In this document: in pieces, positions 9,174-18,173 of the stretch
Position numbering within the stretch: the stretch's first letter is position 1
Layout: each line of letters starts with the position of its first letter
From: Crocosphaera subtropica ATCC 51142
GTDB taxonomy: Bacteria; Cyanobacteriota; Cyanobacteriia; Cyanobacteriales; Microcystaceae
Direction: 5' to 3'
DNA: 32,000 bases
Assembly: GCF_000017845.1 (NCBI RefSeq)
Contig: NC_010547.1
Coordinates: forward strand, 90,001 to 122,000
Translations under genes and position numbers: made by a program
The notes under the pieces: model-generated
What the model was told of the DNA's origin: nothing
What the model saw: only the letters and a program-made list of their open reading frames with translations
Database searches by the model: none

Positions 9174-10208
9174 TTAATTATTTTGACAGGCTCTTGACAA
9201 CGCCTCCAAATTACTCCGCATTACTTGAAAATAATATTGTGGATCGGTTTCCCCTGCCTCAAGAGGGTTAATCGCTTCAAGAGATAGATTTAAGTCACTG
9301 GATATTTGCTCAATGCGCTTGTCTTCAATTCCTGGTTCAGTTAATAAAGCTTTAACAGAATGTTCCTCAGTTATTTGTTTTATTCGTTGGATATCTTGGG
9401 GAGTCATGCTCTCTTCAGGAATTTCTACTATTGCTTCTTGTTCGAGTCCGTAGCGTTGCGCTAGATAGGGAAAAGCATCGTGAAAAGTAATAAAGTTACA
9501 ACCTTGAACGGGGGCTAATTTTTCTTTAAATTCATTATCTAGCTGTTGTAGTTGTTCAATATAAGCTTGAGCATTGCTACGATAACTATCTGCATTACTG
9601 GGGTCAATTTCAATTAACCTATCTCTAATATTAGCGACCTGTTGTTGCGCTAAAACAGGATCTAACCAGACGTGAGGATTTCCTTCTGGATGGTGATGTC
9701 CGTGTCCATGTTCATCATGTTTGTGTTCGTCATGTCCATGTTCATCATGTTTGTGTTCATCATGTCCATGTTCCCCTTCCATTGCTTCTATTCCTTCACT
9801 AGCATCAATTTGTTGAAGTTCAGAATTACCTGCATTGGCAACTAAATCTGATAGAAACGCTTCCATCCCCAAACCATTTTCTACTAAAACATCTGCTTGT
9901 GCCAACAATTTGGCATCGTCTGGGGTAGCTTGATAGTCGTGAACTTCTGCACCAGGGGAAATCAAAATATCGACTTGTCCGGTATCTCCAACTACAGCTT
10001 TAGTAAACAAATGAACCGGTAAGAAAGTAGTAACAATCTTGGGACCTGAACTTGTTTCGGGTGTGGAATCAGAACTGGTTGGAGGTGTGGGTTCTGTTCC
10101 ACAAGCGATCGCCATCAAACCAGTGACAGCAGTAATTACAAAGCGTTGTAAAGATGCCTTGGGACGAAGACGATGGAGTACATAGAGAGATTCAGCAGTA
10201 AAACTCAT
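9174..10208 (-). CDS. znuA: Zinc ABC transporter substrate-binding lipoprotein with His-rich loop
   Basis: Signal and lipobox-like ..GLMAIAC, cluster-9 SBP fold motifs, and the loop GEHGHDEHKHDEHGHDEHKHDEHGHGHHH typical of ZnuA. Confidence 0.92.
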   Translation of the reverse strand: MSFTAESLYVLHRLRPKASLQRFVITAVTGLMAIACGTEPTPPTSSDSTPETSSGPKIVTTFLPVHLFTKAVVGDTGQVDILISPGAEVHDYQATPDDAKLLAQADVLVENGLGMEAFLSDLVANAGNSELQQIDASEGIEAMEGEHGHDEHKHDEHGHDEHKHDEHGHGHHHPEGNPHVWLDPVLAQQQVANIRDRLIEIDPSNADSYRSNAQAYIEQLQQLDNEFKEKLAPVQGCNFITFHDAFPYLAQRYGLEQEAIVEIPEESMTPQDIQRIKQITEEHSVKALLTEPGIEDKRIEQISSDLNLSLEAINPLEAGETDPQYYFQVMRSNLEALSRACQNN

Positions 10209-10234
10209 GATGTTTAGTGGAGAACTGGTTCATT

Positions 10235-10276
10235 AAAATGATAACCATTATTATACAATGAGAATGATTATCGTTA
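10235..10276. promoter_or_regulatory. Two Zur-type boxes in the divergent znuA / FAD-oxidoreductase intergenic region
   Basis: AAAATGATAACCATTATTA and GAGAATGATTATCGTTA; paralogous to the hemB promoter boxes. Confidence 0.65.
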
Positions 10277-10293
10277 ATTTTAATTAAACCACA

Positions 10294-11505
10294 GTGGCAC
10301 TACCTAATTATATAGACCTAGCAATTGTTGGGGCAGGAGTTCAGGCTCTAACGTTAACCACCCATCTCTTACAAAAACGTGCAAAGTATTATCATAAATT
10401 TTTAGTTTTCGATCCCAGTCAAACTTGGCTGAGTCAATGGCAACAACAATTTGCAGCACAACAAATTCCTTGTTTAAGATCCCCTGCGGTTCATCACCCA
10501 GATCCTAATCCCCATCAATTAAGAACCTTTGCTGAACATCGGCATCATGAACTGTTCCCTCCCTATGATAGACCAGGTACGAAGCTATTTCATGATTTTT
10601 GTGATGAAGTTATTCGTCGCTGGAAGTTAGAAGATAAAGTTTATCGGGGCAAAGTCGTAGACATTTTACCCATTAAACGTGCTTTGCATCCTCGGTTTCA
10701 ATTGGTTTTAGATACGGAAGAAACCATTATGACTCGTAGAGTGGTATTGGCTACGGGAAGTGGGAAAATGCAGTTTCCTGACTGGGTAGAAAAGATTCCG
10801 CTCAATTATCCTTCAGAGACATTGTGTCATTCTCAACAGGTAAATCTCAACCAACTTAAGTTAACAGGAGAAAGGATATTAATTGTTGGTGGTGGTTTAA
10901 GTAGCGGACATTTAGCTAAAGGTGCAATAAATTTAGGTGCAACTGTTACTTTGATGACGAGAAAGCAGTTACAAGAAAAAATTTTTGATGCTGCTCCTGG
11001 TTGGTTAGGGCCAAAATATCTTAAAGACTTTCACGCTGAAACTGATTGGTATGTTCGTTATCAGCAAATACAGCAAGCACGTAATGGTGGTTCAATGACT
11101 CCTGAAATGATGCTGCAATTAAGAAAGGCATCTCATGAAGGTAAAATACAAATTGAAGAATGCTGTCAAGTTAGAGAGGCACATTGGCAAAATAATCTTT
11201 GGCAGGTTGGTTGTCACGATGGAAACAAGCATCAGTTTGATCGTATTTGGTTAGCTACTGGTACAACATTCAACACAAAAGAGCATCCCCTATTGCAAAA
11301 CGTACTGGAGACTTATCCGACAGAAATCGTTAACGGTTTGCCGGTACTAGATGAACATTTACGTCTGCCTAAGTCCAACTTTTTTATTATGGGTGGTTTA
11401 GCTGCTTTACAAATTGGCCCTGTTGCTAGAAATATTCATGGTGGGAAAATGGCTTGTCGACGTATTGTACCAGCCATTATTAAACCTAGTTTGGCCATTG
11501 GATGA
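10294..11505 (+). CDS. FAD/NAD(P)-binding oxidoreductase (flavin monooxygenase-like, two dinucleotide-binding motifs)
   Basis: GTG start. IVGAGVQALTL near the N-terminus and ILIVGGGLSSGHLA mid-protein. Divergent from znuA. Confidence 0.7.
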   Translation: MALPNYIDLAIVGAGVQALTLTTHLLQKRAKYYHKFLVFDPSQTWLSQWQQQFAAQQIPCLRSPAVHHPDPNPHQLRTFAEHRHHELFPPYDRPGTKLFHDFCDEVIRRWKLEDKVYRGKVVDILPIKRALHPRFQLVLDTEETIMTRRVVLATGSGKMQFPDWVEKIPLNYPSETLCHSQQVNLNQLKLTGERILIVGGGLSSGHLAKGAINLGATVTLMTRKQLQEKIFDAAPGWLGPKYLKDFHAETDWYVRYQQIQQARNGGSMTPEMMLQLRKASHEGKIQIEECCQVREAHWQNNLWQVGCHDGNKHQFDRIWLATGTTFNTKEHPLLQNVLETYPTEIVNGLPVLDEHLRLPKSNFFIMGGLAALQIGPVARNIHGGKMACRRIVPAIIKPSLAIG

Positions 11506-11630
11506 TTTTTTCCTTAAAGATGCGATTCTGAGTCTAGTCCACTCCACTCTTCAATATAGACTCCCCCATAGAGTTATTCGATTTGATCTATAAATAACAG
11601 ATTCTGAGAAGCTGAAACTTCTCTCATTTT

Positions 11631-11834
11631 CTATTGATATTCTAACCCATCGTCTTTTGTCCAAATTCCTTGAGTTTTTTCTAACAAAGCCTCAAAATCT
11701 TCTGATGGAGCTTCATTTTCTTCTTTAGTAACTTCAATATTAATTGTCAATTTAGTTCCTTTCTTAAAAGGTAAATTCTCAAGAACAATTTGCTGAGATT
11801 CATCTAAAGTTAGTTGAGTTTGATAAGAAGCCAT
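11631..11834 (-). CDS. Small hypothetical protein (antitoxin-like, 67 aa)
   Basis: Clean ORF with an acidic centre. No recognisable partner gene. Call is weak. Confidence 0.4.
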   Translation of the reverse strand: MASYQTQLTLDESQQIVLENLPFKKGTKLTINIEVTKEENEAPSEDFEALLEKTQGIWTKDDGLEYQ

Positions 11835-12025
11835 TTTTTCTAATTTATAAAGATATTTAAAAATATTTGAGAATCAGTCCAGTTAAACTTCCAATCCTAA
11901 TTTGTTTTGCTTAATTTGTTCCTCCTCATTATTATAGCCCCTCATTAGGGTTTGATTCTGTTCCAACAAACCTACCGATTTTCTTTTTGACAAATGTTTG
12001 ACAAAGGAAGAATCGGTTACTCGTG

Positions 12026-12033
12026 GCTAGCGC
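12026..12033 (+). promoter_or_regulatory. GCTAGCGC island motif, copy 1
   Basis: 32 nt before the ATG at 12066. Confidence 0.6.
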
Positions 12034-12065
12034 CGATAAGGTAAAAGCTATAGAGGTAACATTAT

Positions 12066-15000
12066 ATGAACACCGAACAGATGTCTCTATTCGGGTTAGG
12101 AGAATCCACTGTACCGACCCAGAAACCAAAGAAAACTTCTCGTCGACAAAAGCGTAAGAAACGTTCTTCCGATACAAATTCTTCAACCACCCAAGGCTCA
12201 TTATTCAGTGGCCTATCTCTGGCTAGTCCAGTGATTGAGTCAGGAACTTTACTAATGGTAGCCGAAAAGCTGCTTTCCTATCTGTCGATTAATCAGAAAA
12301 TAACTTCAAGTTTACTAAAACAGACCATGAACAATACCTTTGGCGGTACAGATAGCCAAGGGCGTTGGACTTGGAAGCAAGCCTACAATGCAGTAGAACT
12401 GTCTTTAGTGTTATGGGTAAGGAAATACAACGCAAAACTTCCTGATAATCCAAGGAAAGCGAGCGCAAAACTTATCGAGTTACAAACCCTGTTACCGACG
12501 CATACTCTACGCTCTGAAGAATCGGTAAAACTTCAACAGTTCAGTACCCCTTTACCTTTAGCGTATTTAGTGGGTGAAGCGGCTCAAATCACCTCTACAG
12601 ATGTGGTCTTAGAGCCAAGTGCAGGCACCGGACTACTCGCCATTTGGACTGAGATTAAAGGAGCATCGTTAATTCTCAATGAAATTAGCGAGGAGCGAGT
12701 CGACTGCCTAAAGCAAGGCTTTTCACACAAAGTCCATAGCTACAATGCTGAACAAATCGATAACTTGCTCCCAACTCAGCATAAACCGACTGTGGTAGTT
12801 ATGAACCCACCGTTTACCACTTATCTCCACAGCAAGAAGAAGGGTTGTAGTGCAGCTTTTGCTCACATTCGTTCAGCCCTGCACCGACTCAATCCCGGTG
12901 GAAGATTAGTCACACTCAGCTTAGATTCGTTCTCACCCAATAGTACAACATGGGGCGACGCGATCGCTGACCTACCCGGCAAAGTCGTCTTTAGTGTTGG
13001 TATCGAAGGTAAGACCTACTATAAGCATGGCACAACCATCGATACGCGCTTAACGGTAATCGATAAGGTTGACGACGCAGACTCTTACATTGTCGACAAA
13101 TGCTTAAGTCTCGATGAAATCGCTGACTTGATTGACACTAAAATTCCCCCTCGACAAGAGGTTCAAAAGCGTCAGTCCTCTGTGGTGGTTCCTATCACGA
13201 AACCGACTCAGAGCAAGAAGACAAGAAAAGTCAAAGAAGATACAAGGCCAGAAGCAAAGGTATCTTTCGATGATGTCATTACCGTTGATTACAAAGTAGT
13301 TGATTGGCGAGATGAGGGTGAGTATCTCAATGATGATGGGATTTATGAGCGTTATATGCCTCAAACCATCAATATCAAAGCAGCTAAAGTTCATCCAACT
13401 AAACTCGTTGAATCCGCAGCAATGGCTGCGATCGCACCACCCACACCAACCTACAAACCCAAGTTACCCAAAGCGGTGATTGAGCAAGGCTTACTTTCCG
13501 ATGCTCAATTAGAGAGCGTTATTTATGCAGGGAACAGCCATGAGCAATTCTTACCCGATTGGTTCATGTATGACGCTGACCATGACACTTTAGAACGAGT
13601 TCCTGAAGGAACCAAAGAAGCTAAGCATTACCGCAAAGCTTGGTTTAACGGAGACGGTACAGGGGTAGGGAAAGGACGCCAGTGTGCCGGGATTATTCTC
13701 GATAACTGGTTGAAAGGTCGCAGGAAAGCGGTATGGATTTCTAAGAGCAACGCTCTACTAGAAGATGCACGTCGTGATTGGAAAGCCCTTGGTGGTGATC
13801 CGACCCAAGTTGTCCCTTTGTCTAAATTCAAGCAAGGAGATCCCGTTGTTCTCAACGAAGGGATACTCTTCTTGACCTATGCCACACTCAGAAGTCCTGC
13901 AAAAGCCAACAAGTGTTCTCGCGTTGAGCAAATTGTACAGTGGCTTGGCGAAGATAGTGACAACGTGATTGTCTTCGATGAATCCCATGCCATGGCCAAT
14001 GCAGTAGCAGAATATGGCGAACGAGGACTGAAAGCAGCCTCTCAACAAGGACTAGCAGGGCTACGTCTTCAACGAGTCTTAGCAAATGCGAGGTTTGTCT
14101 TTGTATCAGCCACAGGCGCAACTAAGTTAGAAAATCTCAGTTACTTAGAACGGCTAGGTCTCTGGAACTCAGAGATTTTACCCTTTATCAATCGAGAAGA
14201 TTTCTTATCCCAAGTTGCAGAGGGTGGGATTGCTGCTTTAGAAGTCGTTGCCCGCGACCTTAAAGCAATGGGTCTCTACTTGGCTCGTAGTGTTAGTTTC
14301 GATGGTGTCGAATATGAGATCATTGAACACGAACTGAACGACGCTCAAGTGGCGATGTACAACCGTTATGCCGATGCTTATCAGATTATTTACCAGAATA
14401 TTGAGAAAGCTCTTGAAACTACGGGAATCAGCAGCAAATTCGGCAACACTAATGGCAGAGCAAAATCCTCGGTCTATTCTCGGTTTGAAAGTTGTAAACA
14501 ACGGTTCTTCGGTCATCTGATTACCTCGATTAAATGCCCGACGCTTATCAGGCAGATAGAAGCGGATATGAAAGAAGGTAAAGCAGCCGTCATTCAACTG
14601 ATTTCTACCGATGAGGCCCTCTTAAACAGACGACTCGACGAAATTCCAGTCAGTCAGTGGAATGATATCAACGTTGATATTACTCCACGAGAATACCTCT
14701 TTGACTATCTTATCAATGGGTTTCCTGTCCATCAGTATGAGAGCTTCACAGATGATAACGGAAATGAGCGTAGTCAAATCATGAAAGATGAAGAAGGTAA
14801 TCCTATACCCTGTCAAGAAGCATTGCGTCAAAGAGATGCTCTTATTGAAGAACTTTCCTTGTTTCCACCTTTGCCATCGGCATTAGACCAAATCATTAAC
14901 CATTTTGGTTATGAAGCAGTGGCTGAAGTAACGGGACGCTCTAAGCGAATTATCCGAGTCACGAAAGAGGGTAGCGATCGCATGACGGTCGATAAACGAT

Positions 15001-16484
15001 CAAGCTCTGCAAACTTAGCCGAATCTCAGTTATTCATGGATGATGAGAAGCAGATTCTTGTCTTCTCTCAAGCCGGGGGAACTGGTCGATCATACCACGC
15101 TGATAAGAGCTGTAAGAATCAACGTCCACGGGTTCACTACCTCTTAGAAGGAGGCTGGCAAGCTGATGTGGCGATACAGGGCCTTGGGAGAACTAATCGC
15201 AGTAACCAAGCTCAACCTCCTTTATACCGTGTAATCTGCACCGACATCAAAGGTGAGAAACGGTTTACTAGCACTATAGCCAGACGCTTGGCTAGTTTAG
15301 GAGCCTTAACCAAAGGTGAACGCAAAACGGGCAATCAGGGACTCTTCCGAGAAGAAGATAACCTAGAATCAGTTTATGCGAGACAAGCCTTACGAAACCT
15401 GTATTTCAGTCTCTATAAAGGGCTAGTCGAGGGCATGAGTTTAGCAGAATTCCAGAGGATTTCAGGATTGAGTCTTCTCACCAAAGAAGGGGACTTCAAA
15501 AGTGAACTTCCCCCGATGAAAACTTTCCTCAATCGAGTCTTAGCCATGCGGTTAGGAGATCAAGAAATCCTATTTACGACGTTGGAGATGTGCATTAGCT
15601 CTGCCATCGAGAAAGCAAAAGAAGCAGGAATCTACGAAGTCGGTGTCGAAACCATCAAAGCAGAAAAGCTGAAAGTGGTTAAGCGACAACAACTCTATCA
15701 AGACCCTGTGACCGGAGGAACGAGTTACGCCGTTGAAATCCAGAAGACTGAACGTAATCGCATACTCAGCTTAGATGGAGCTATTGCACTAGGTAGTTAT
15801 AGTGACACCTTCTTCGCTAAGAACCAAATGTCTAATCAGGTTGCAGTTGTCGCTTCAACCACCAGCGTAGTCAACAAAGATGGTATCAGCGAACCAAGAG
15901 TCAGCTTAATCCGTCCTTGTAGCACTACCAAGATGCGACGTTGGGAATTCGATAACTCACTTTGGTACAAAACAGACGTTGAAACCTTTAAGCAAGGATG
16001 GCAACGGCAAATCGCTAAAGAACCTGAGTTCATCGAATCCACTTTCTACCTGATTACGGGGGTTCTCTTACCCATTTGGAAACGACTCGACAATAACCAG
16101 ATGAGGATTTACCGCATTCACACCGAGGACGGTGAGCGGTTATTAGGTCGTGCTGTCAGTGAAAGCGCCATGACCTATATCGCCAGAAGCTTTGAGTTGA
16201 GCCACGAACGAACCATCGAGGACATTTACCAAGCAGCGATGACCGATGGAACTTCAGAGCAATTGACTCAGAAATTGCAACTGAGAAAAGCATTGGTGAG
16301 AGGGGATTATCGCCTTGAACTACTAGGTTACGAATCTTCTACTGAACTGCAATGGCTCAAACAACTAGGTGTCCAAAGCGAATACGTTAGCCATAAACTC
16401 CGTGCTTTCGTACCCCTAGAAAACGCGATTGCCGTTCTCAAAACCATCCAAGAATCCTATCAAAGAACTGATCGCTTCTCCTGA
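12066..16484 (+). CDS. Fusion protein: N6-adenine DNA methyltransferase domain plus strawberry-notch (Sbno)-type SF2 helicase plus large C-terminal domain
   Basis: MTase motif I VLEPSAGTGLLA and motif IV VVMNPPF. Sbno-type Walker A WFNGDGTGVGKGRQCAGIILDNWLKG, DExH VIVFDESHAMAN, SAT VSATGAT, motif VI QGLGRTNRSNQ. Confidence 0.88.
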   Translation: MNTEQMSLFGLGESTVPTQKPKKTSRRQKRKKRSSDTNSSTTQGSLFSGLSLASPVIESGTLLMVAEKLLSYLSINQKITSSLLKQTMNNTFGGTDSQGRWTWKQAYNAVELSLVLWVRKYNAKLPDNPRKASAKLIELQTLLPTHTLRSEESVKLQQFSTPLPLAYLVGEAAQITSTDVVLEPSAGTGLLAIWTEIKGASLILNEISEERVDCLKQGFSHKVHSYNAEQIDNLLPTQHKPTVVVMNPPFTTYLHSKKKGCSAAFAHIRSALHRLNPGGRLVTLSLDSFSPNSTTWGDAIADLPGKVVFSVGIEGKTYYKHGTTIDTRLTVIDKVDDADSYIVDKCLSLDEIADLIDTKIPPRQEVQKRQSSVVVPITKPTQSKKTRKVKEDTRPEAKVSFDDVITVDYKVVDWRDEGEYLNDDGIYERYMPQTINIKAAKVHPTKLVESAAMAAIAPPTPTYKPKLPKAVIEQGLLSDAQLESVIYAGNSHEQFLPDWFMYDADHDTLERVPEGTKEAKHYRKAWFNGDGTGVGKGRQCAGIILDNWLKGRRKAVWISKSNALLEDARRDWKALGGDPTQVVPLSKFKQGDPVVLNEGILFLTYATLRSPAKANKCSRVEQIVQWLGEDSDNVIVFDESHAMANAVAEYGERGLKAASQQGLAGLRLQRVLANARFVFVSATGATKLENLSYLERLGLWNSEILPFINREDFLSQVAEGGIAALEVVARDLKAMGLYLARSVSFDGVEYEIIEHELNDAQVAMYNRYADAYQIIYQNIEKALETTGISSKFGNTNGRAKSSVYSRFESCKQRFFGHLITSIKCPTLIRQIEADMKEGKAAVIQLISTDEALLNRRLDEIPVSQWNDINVDITPREYLFDYLINGFPVHQYESFTDDNGNERSQIMKDEEGNPIPCQEALRQRDALIEELSLFPPLPSALDQIINHFGYEAVAEVTGRSKRIIRVTKEGSDRMTVDKRSSSANLAESQLFMDDEKQILVFSQAGGTGRSYHADKSCKNQRPRVHYLLEGGWQADVAIQGLGRTNRSNQAQPPLYRVICTDIKGEKRFTSTIARRLASLGALTKGERKTGNQGLFREEDNLESVYARQALRNLYFSLYKGLVEGMSLAEFQRISGLSLLTKEGDFKSELPPMKTFLNRVLAMRLGDQEILFTTLEMCISSAIEKAKEAGIYEVGVETIKAEKLKVVKRQQLYQDPVTGGTSYAVEIQKTERNRILSLDGAIALGSYSDTFFAKNQMSNQVAVVASTTSVVNKDGISEPRVSLIRPCSTTKMRRWEFDNSLWYKTDVETFKQGWQRQIAKEPEFIESTFYLITGVLLPIWKRLDNNQMRIYRIHTEDGERLLGRAVSESAMTYIARSFELSHERTIEDIYQAAMTDGTSEQLTQKLQLRKALVRGDYRLELLGYESSTELQWLKQLGVQSEYVSHKLRAFVPLENAIAVLKTIQESYQRTDRFS

Positions 16485-16490
16485 TTTCTA

Positions 16491-16530
16491 AGAACAGGCT
16501 ACTTCGGTAGTCCCTGTTCTTATTCTTTTT
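16491..16530 (+). terminator. Rho-independent terminator
   Basis: AGAACAGG...CCTGTTCT stem with inner CTAC-TTCG-GTAG, followed by TATTCTTTTT. Confidence 0.75.
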
Positions 16531-16538
16531 GCTAGCGC
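16531..16538 (+). promoter_or_regulatory. GCTAGCGC island motif, copy 2
   Basis: Abuts the terminator T-tract; 36 nt before the ATG at 16575. Confidence 0.6.
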
Positions 16539-16574
16539 AAAGCTATTTCAGAAAACCTATCGCACTTAAAAATC

Positions 16575-17750
16575 ATGGATATATCCTGCATACCCACCGG
16601 GCTAATCAAAGCCTTAAGCCTAGCTAATAAAGTGATTCCTCATAACCCCACCCACCTAATCCTACTCAATGTCATTCTAAAAGCTGAACCCGAAATCCTC
16701 AAAGTAGAGGCATTTAATGGGCAGATAGCAATGAGTTGGACAGTGAGAGATGCTAATATCAACACCCCTGGCGAAGTGGCAGTGAATTGCAAAGATTTCC
16801 TCACCTTACTTAACAGCCTTAAAGACGAGGTAGCGATTACACTATCCTCTGACGAAGAATATCTTTACTTGAAAAGCCAACAAGGAAAGGAGGCAAAATT
16901 TGCTAAAGGGGATATCGAAGAAATGCCTTGGATTGACTCCCTGACAGAAGAAGAAATTGAACAAGTCTCCATAGAAGCTGATGATTTAATCCAAGCAGTT
17001 GAAGAAACAAAATACGCTGCAGCTACCGAGATGACCAAGGCTATTTTATGCGGTGTCTGTCTAAACTTCGATACCGACGAAGAAAACACCGTAGAATTCG
17101 CAGCGACGGATGGGCATCGATTAGCTAGGACAAGAGTATTGTACGAGCCTTCGGAGAATACCCCAGGAAATAAACTCGTCATGCCAACCGAAACACTTAC
17201 CCTAACCACTTATGCGCTGAAACAGATGGAAACCAGTGAAGAAATTGCTGAAATGGTGACAATCAGCTTTGACGAAAGCAAAATCCAAGTGGATTTTTCA
17301 GAAGGGTTTATCCGAAGTCGTAAGTTAGACGGGAAGTACCCAGACTACGAAATGTTAATCAACGGTGATGATTTTAGCCTGGACTGTACCTTTAAGCGCA
17401 AGCAACTCCTTGAGGCTCTGAAGTTCATCGATACGTTCGCCGTTGGTAAAGATTCCTTATGTTTCATCGATTTCGTCCCAGAAGAGAAGAAATGCACCCT
17501 TCGCTCAAAGGAAAACACGACAGGGAGTGCCGAAGATACTTTAGAGGTCGAAGATATCAATGGGCAAGCTCAGTCTTTAGGCTTCAACTCCAACTACCTG
17601 AAACAGTGCCTCAAAGCGATGCCCGGAGATACTGTAACGATGGAAATCACGGAAACAACGGGTGATCAACCTGGTCCTGTTTTCGTATCGCCCTCCGAGG
17701 AATACAAAACCTTTGGGTTAGTCATGCCAATTCAAATTAACGAAAGCTAG
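16575..17750 (+). CDS. dnaN: DNA polymerase III beta sliding clamp homolog (divergent, element-encoded)
   Basis: 391 aa, clamp length. Contains the hallmark FAATDGHRLA, a three-domain-sized architecture and an acidic composition. Confidence 0.8.
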   Translation: MDISCIPTGLIKALSLANKVIPHNPTHLILLNVILKAEPEILKVEAFNGQIAMSWTVRDANINTPGEVAVNCKDFLTLLNSLKDEVAITLSSDEEYLYLKSQQGKEAKFAKGDIEEMPWIDSLTEEEIEQVSIEADDLIQAVEETKYAAATEMTKAILCGVCLNFDTDEENTVEFAATDGHRLARTRVLYEPSENTPGNKLVMPTETLTLTTYALKQMETSEEIAEMVTISFDESKIQVDFSEGFIRSRKLDGKYPDYEMLINGDDFSLDCTFKRKQLLEALKFIDTFAVGKDSLCFIDFVPEEKKCTLRSKENTTGSAEDTLEVEDINGQAQSLGFNSNYLKQCLKAMPGDTVTMEITETTGDQPGPVFVSPSEEYKTFGLVMPIQINES

Positions 17751-17803
17751 AAATAAAAATGCTACTCCTTTGCGGGGGTAGCTTCGCCACTCAGGAGAGG
17801 AAA

Positions 17804-18154
17804 ATGTTCGACAATTTAAGTGAAAAACAATGCGACCTGATAATATCAGGTATAGTGTCTATTGCCATATTGACATTTGTTGCTTACAGCACCATAAAGG
17901 CGAATGAACGGGAAAAACGGCTTGAAAGCGAAGCCTATATGATAGAACGGCCAGAAAGAACGTTACTGATTAACGGACTGCAAAAAGAAGAAATCGATCA
18001 GTTAAACAGCGATGCTTTGTTAGGTTTAGGACCGACGGGGATAATTATATCATGTGGTTCACAAGAATTCCGATTCGGACGAGCTACAGACTACTATCTC
18101 CAAAAAGTTCCATCCAATTATCAGATACCGAACAATGTAATCGATTGTCGTTGA
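17804..18154 (+). CDS. Hypothetical single-pass membrane protein
   Basis: ATG at 17804 is preceded by SD AGGAGAGG. TM segment IISGIVSIAILTFVAY. The track start at 17759 lies inside a hairpin. Confidence 0.55.
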   Translation: MFDNLSEKQCDLIISGIVSIAILTFVAYSTIKANEREKRLESEAYMIERPERTLLINGLQKEEIDQLNSDALLGLGPTGIIISCGSQEFRFGRATDYYLQKVPSNYQIPNNVIDCR

Positions 18155-18173
18155 TCTTCGTTACATCGAGCGT

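Noticed and set aside
13104-16042. Eight track ORFs (13104-13394, 13628-13855, 13758-14048, 13888-14121, 14238-14597, 14622-14831, 15836-16042 and similar) antisense to or nested in the 1472-aa gene
   Set aside because: All lie inside a long ORF with clear methyltransferase and helicase motifs. They have low-complexity or Cys/Arg-rich translations and no SD or motif context. They are shadow ORFs.
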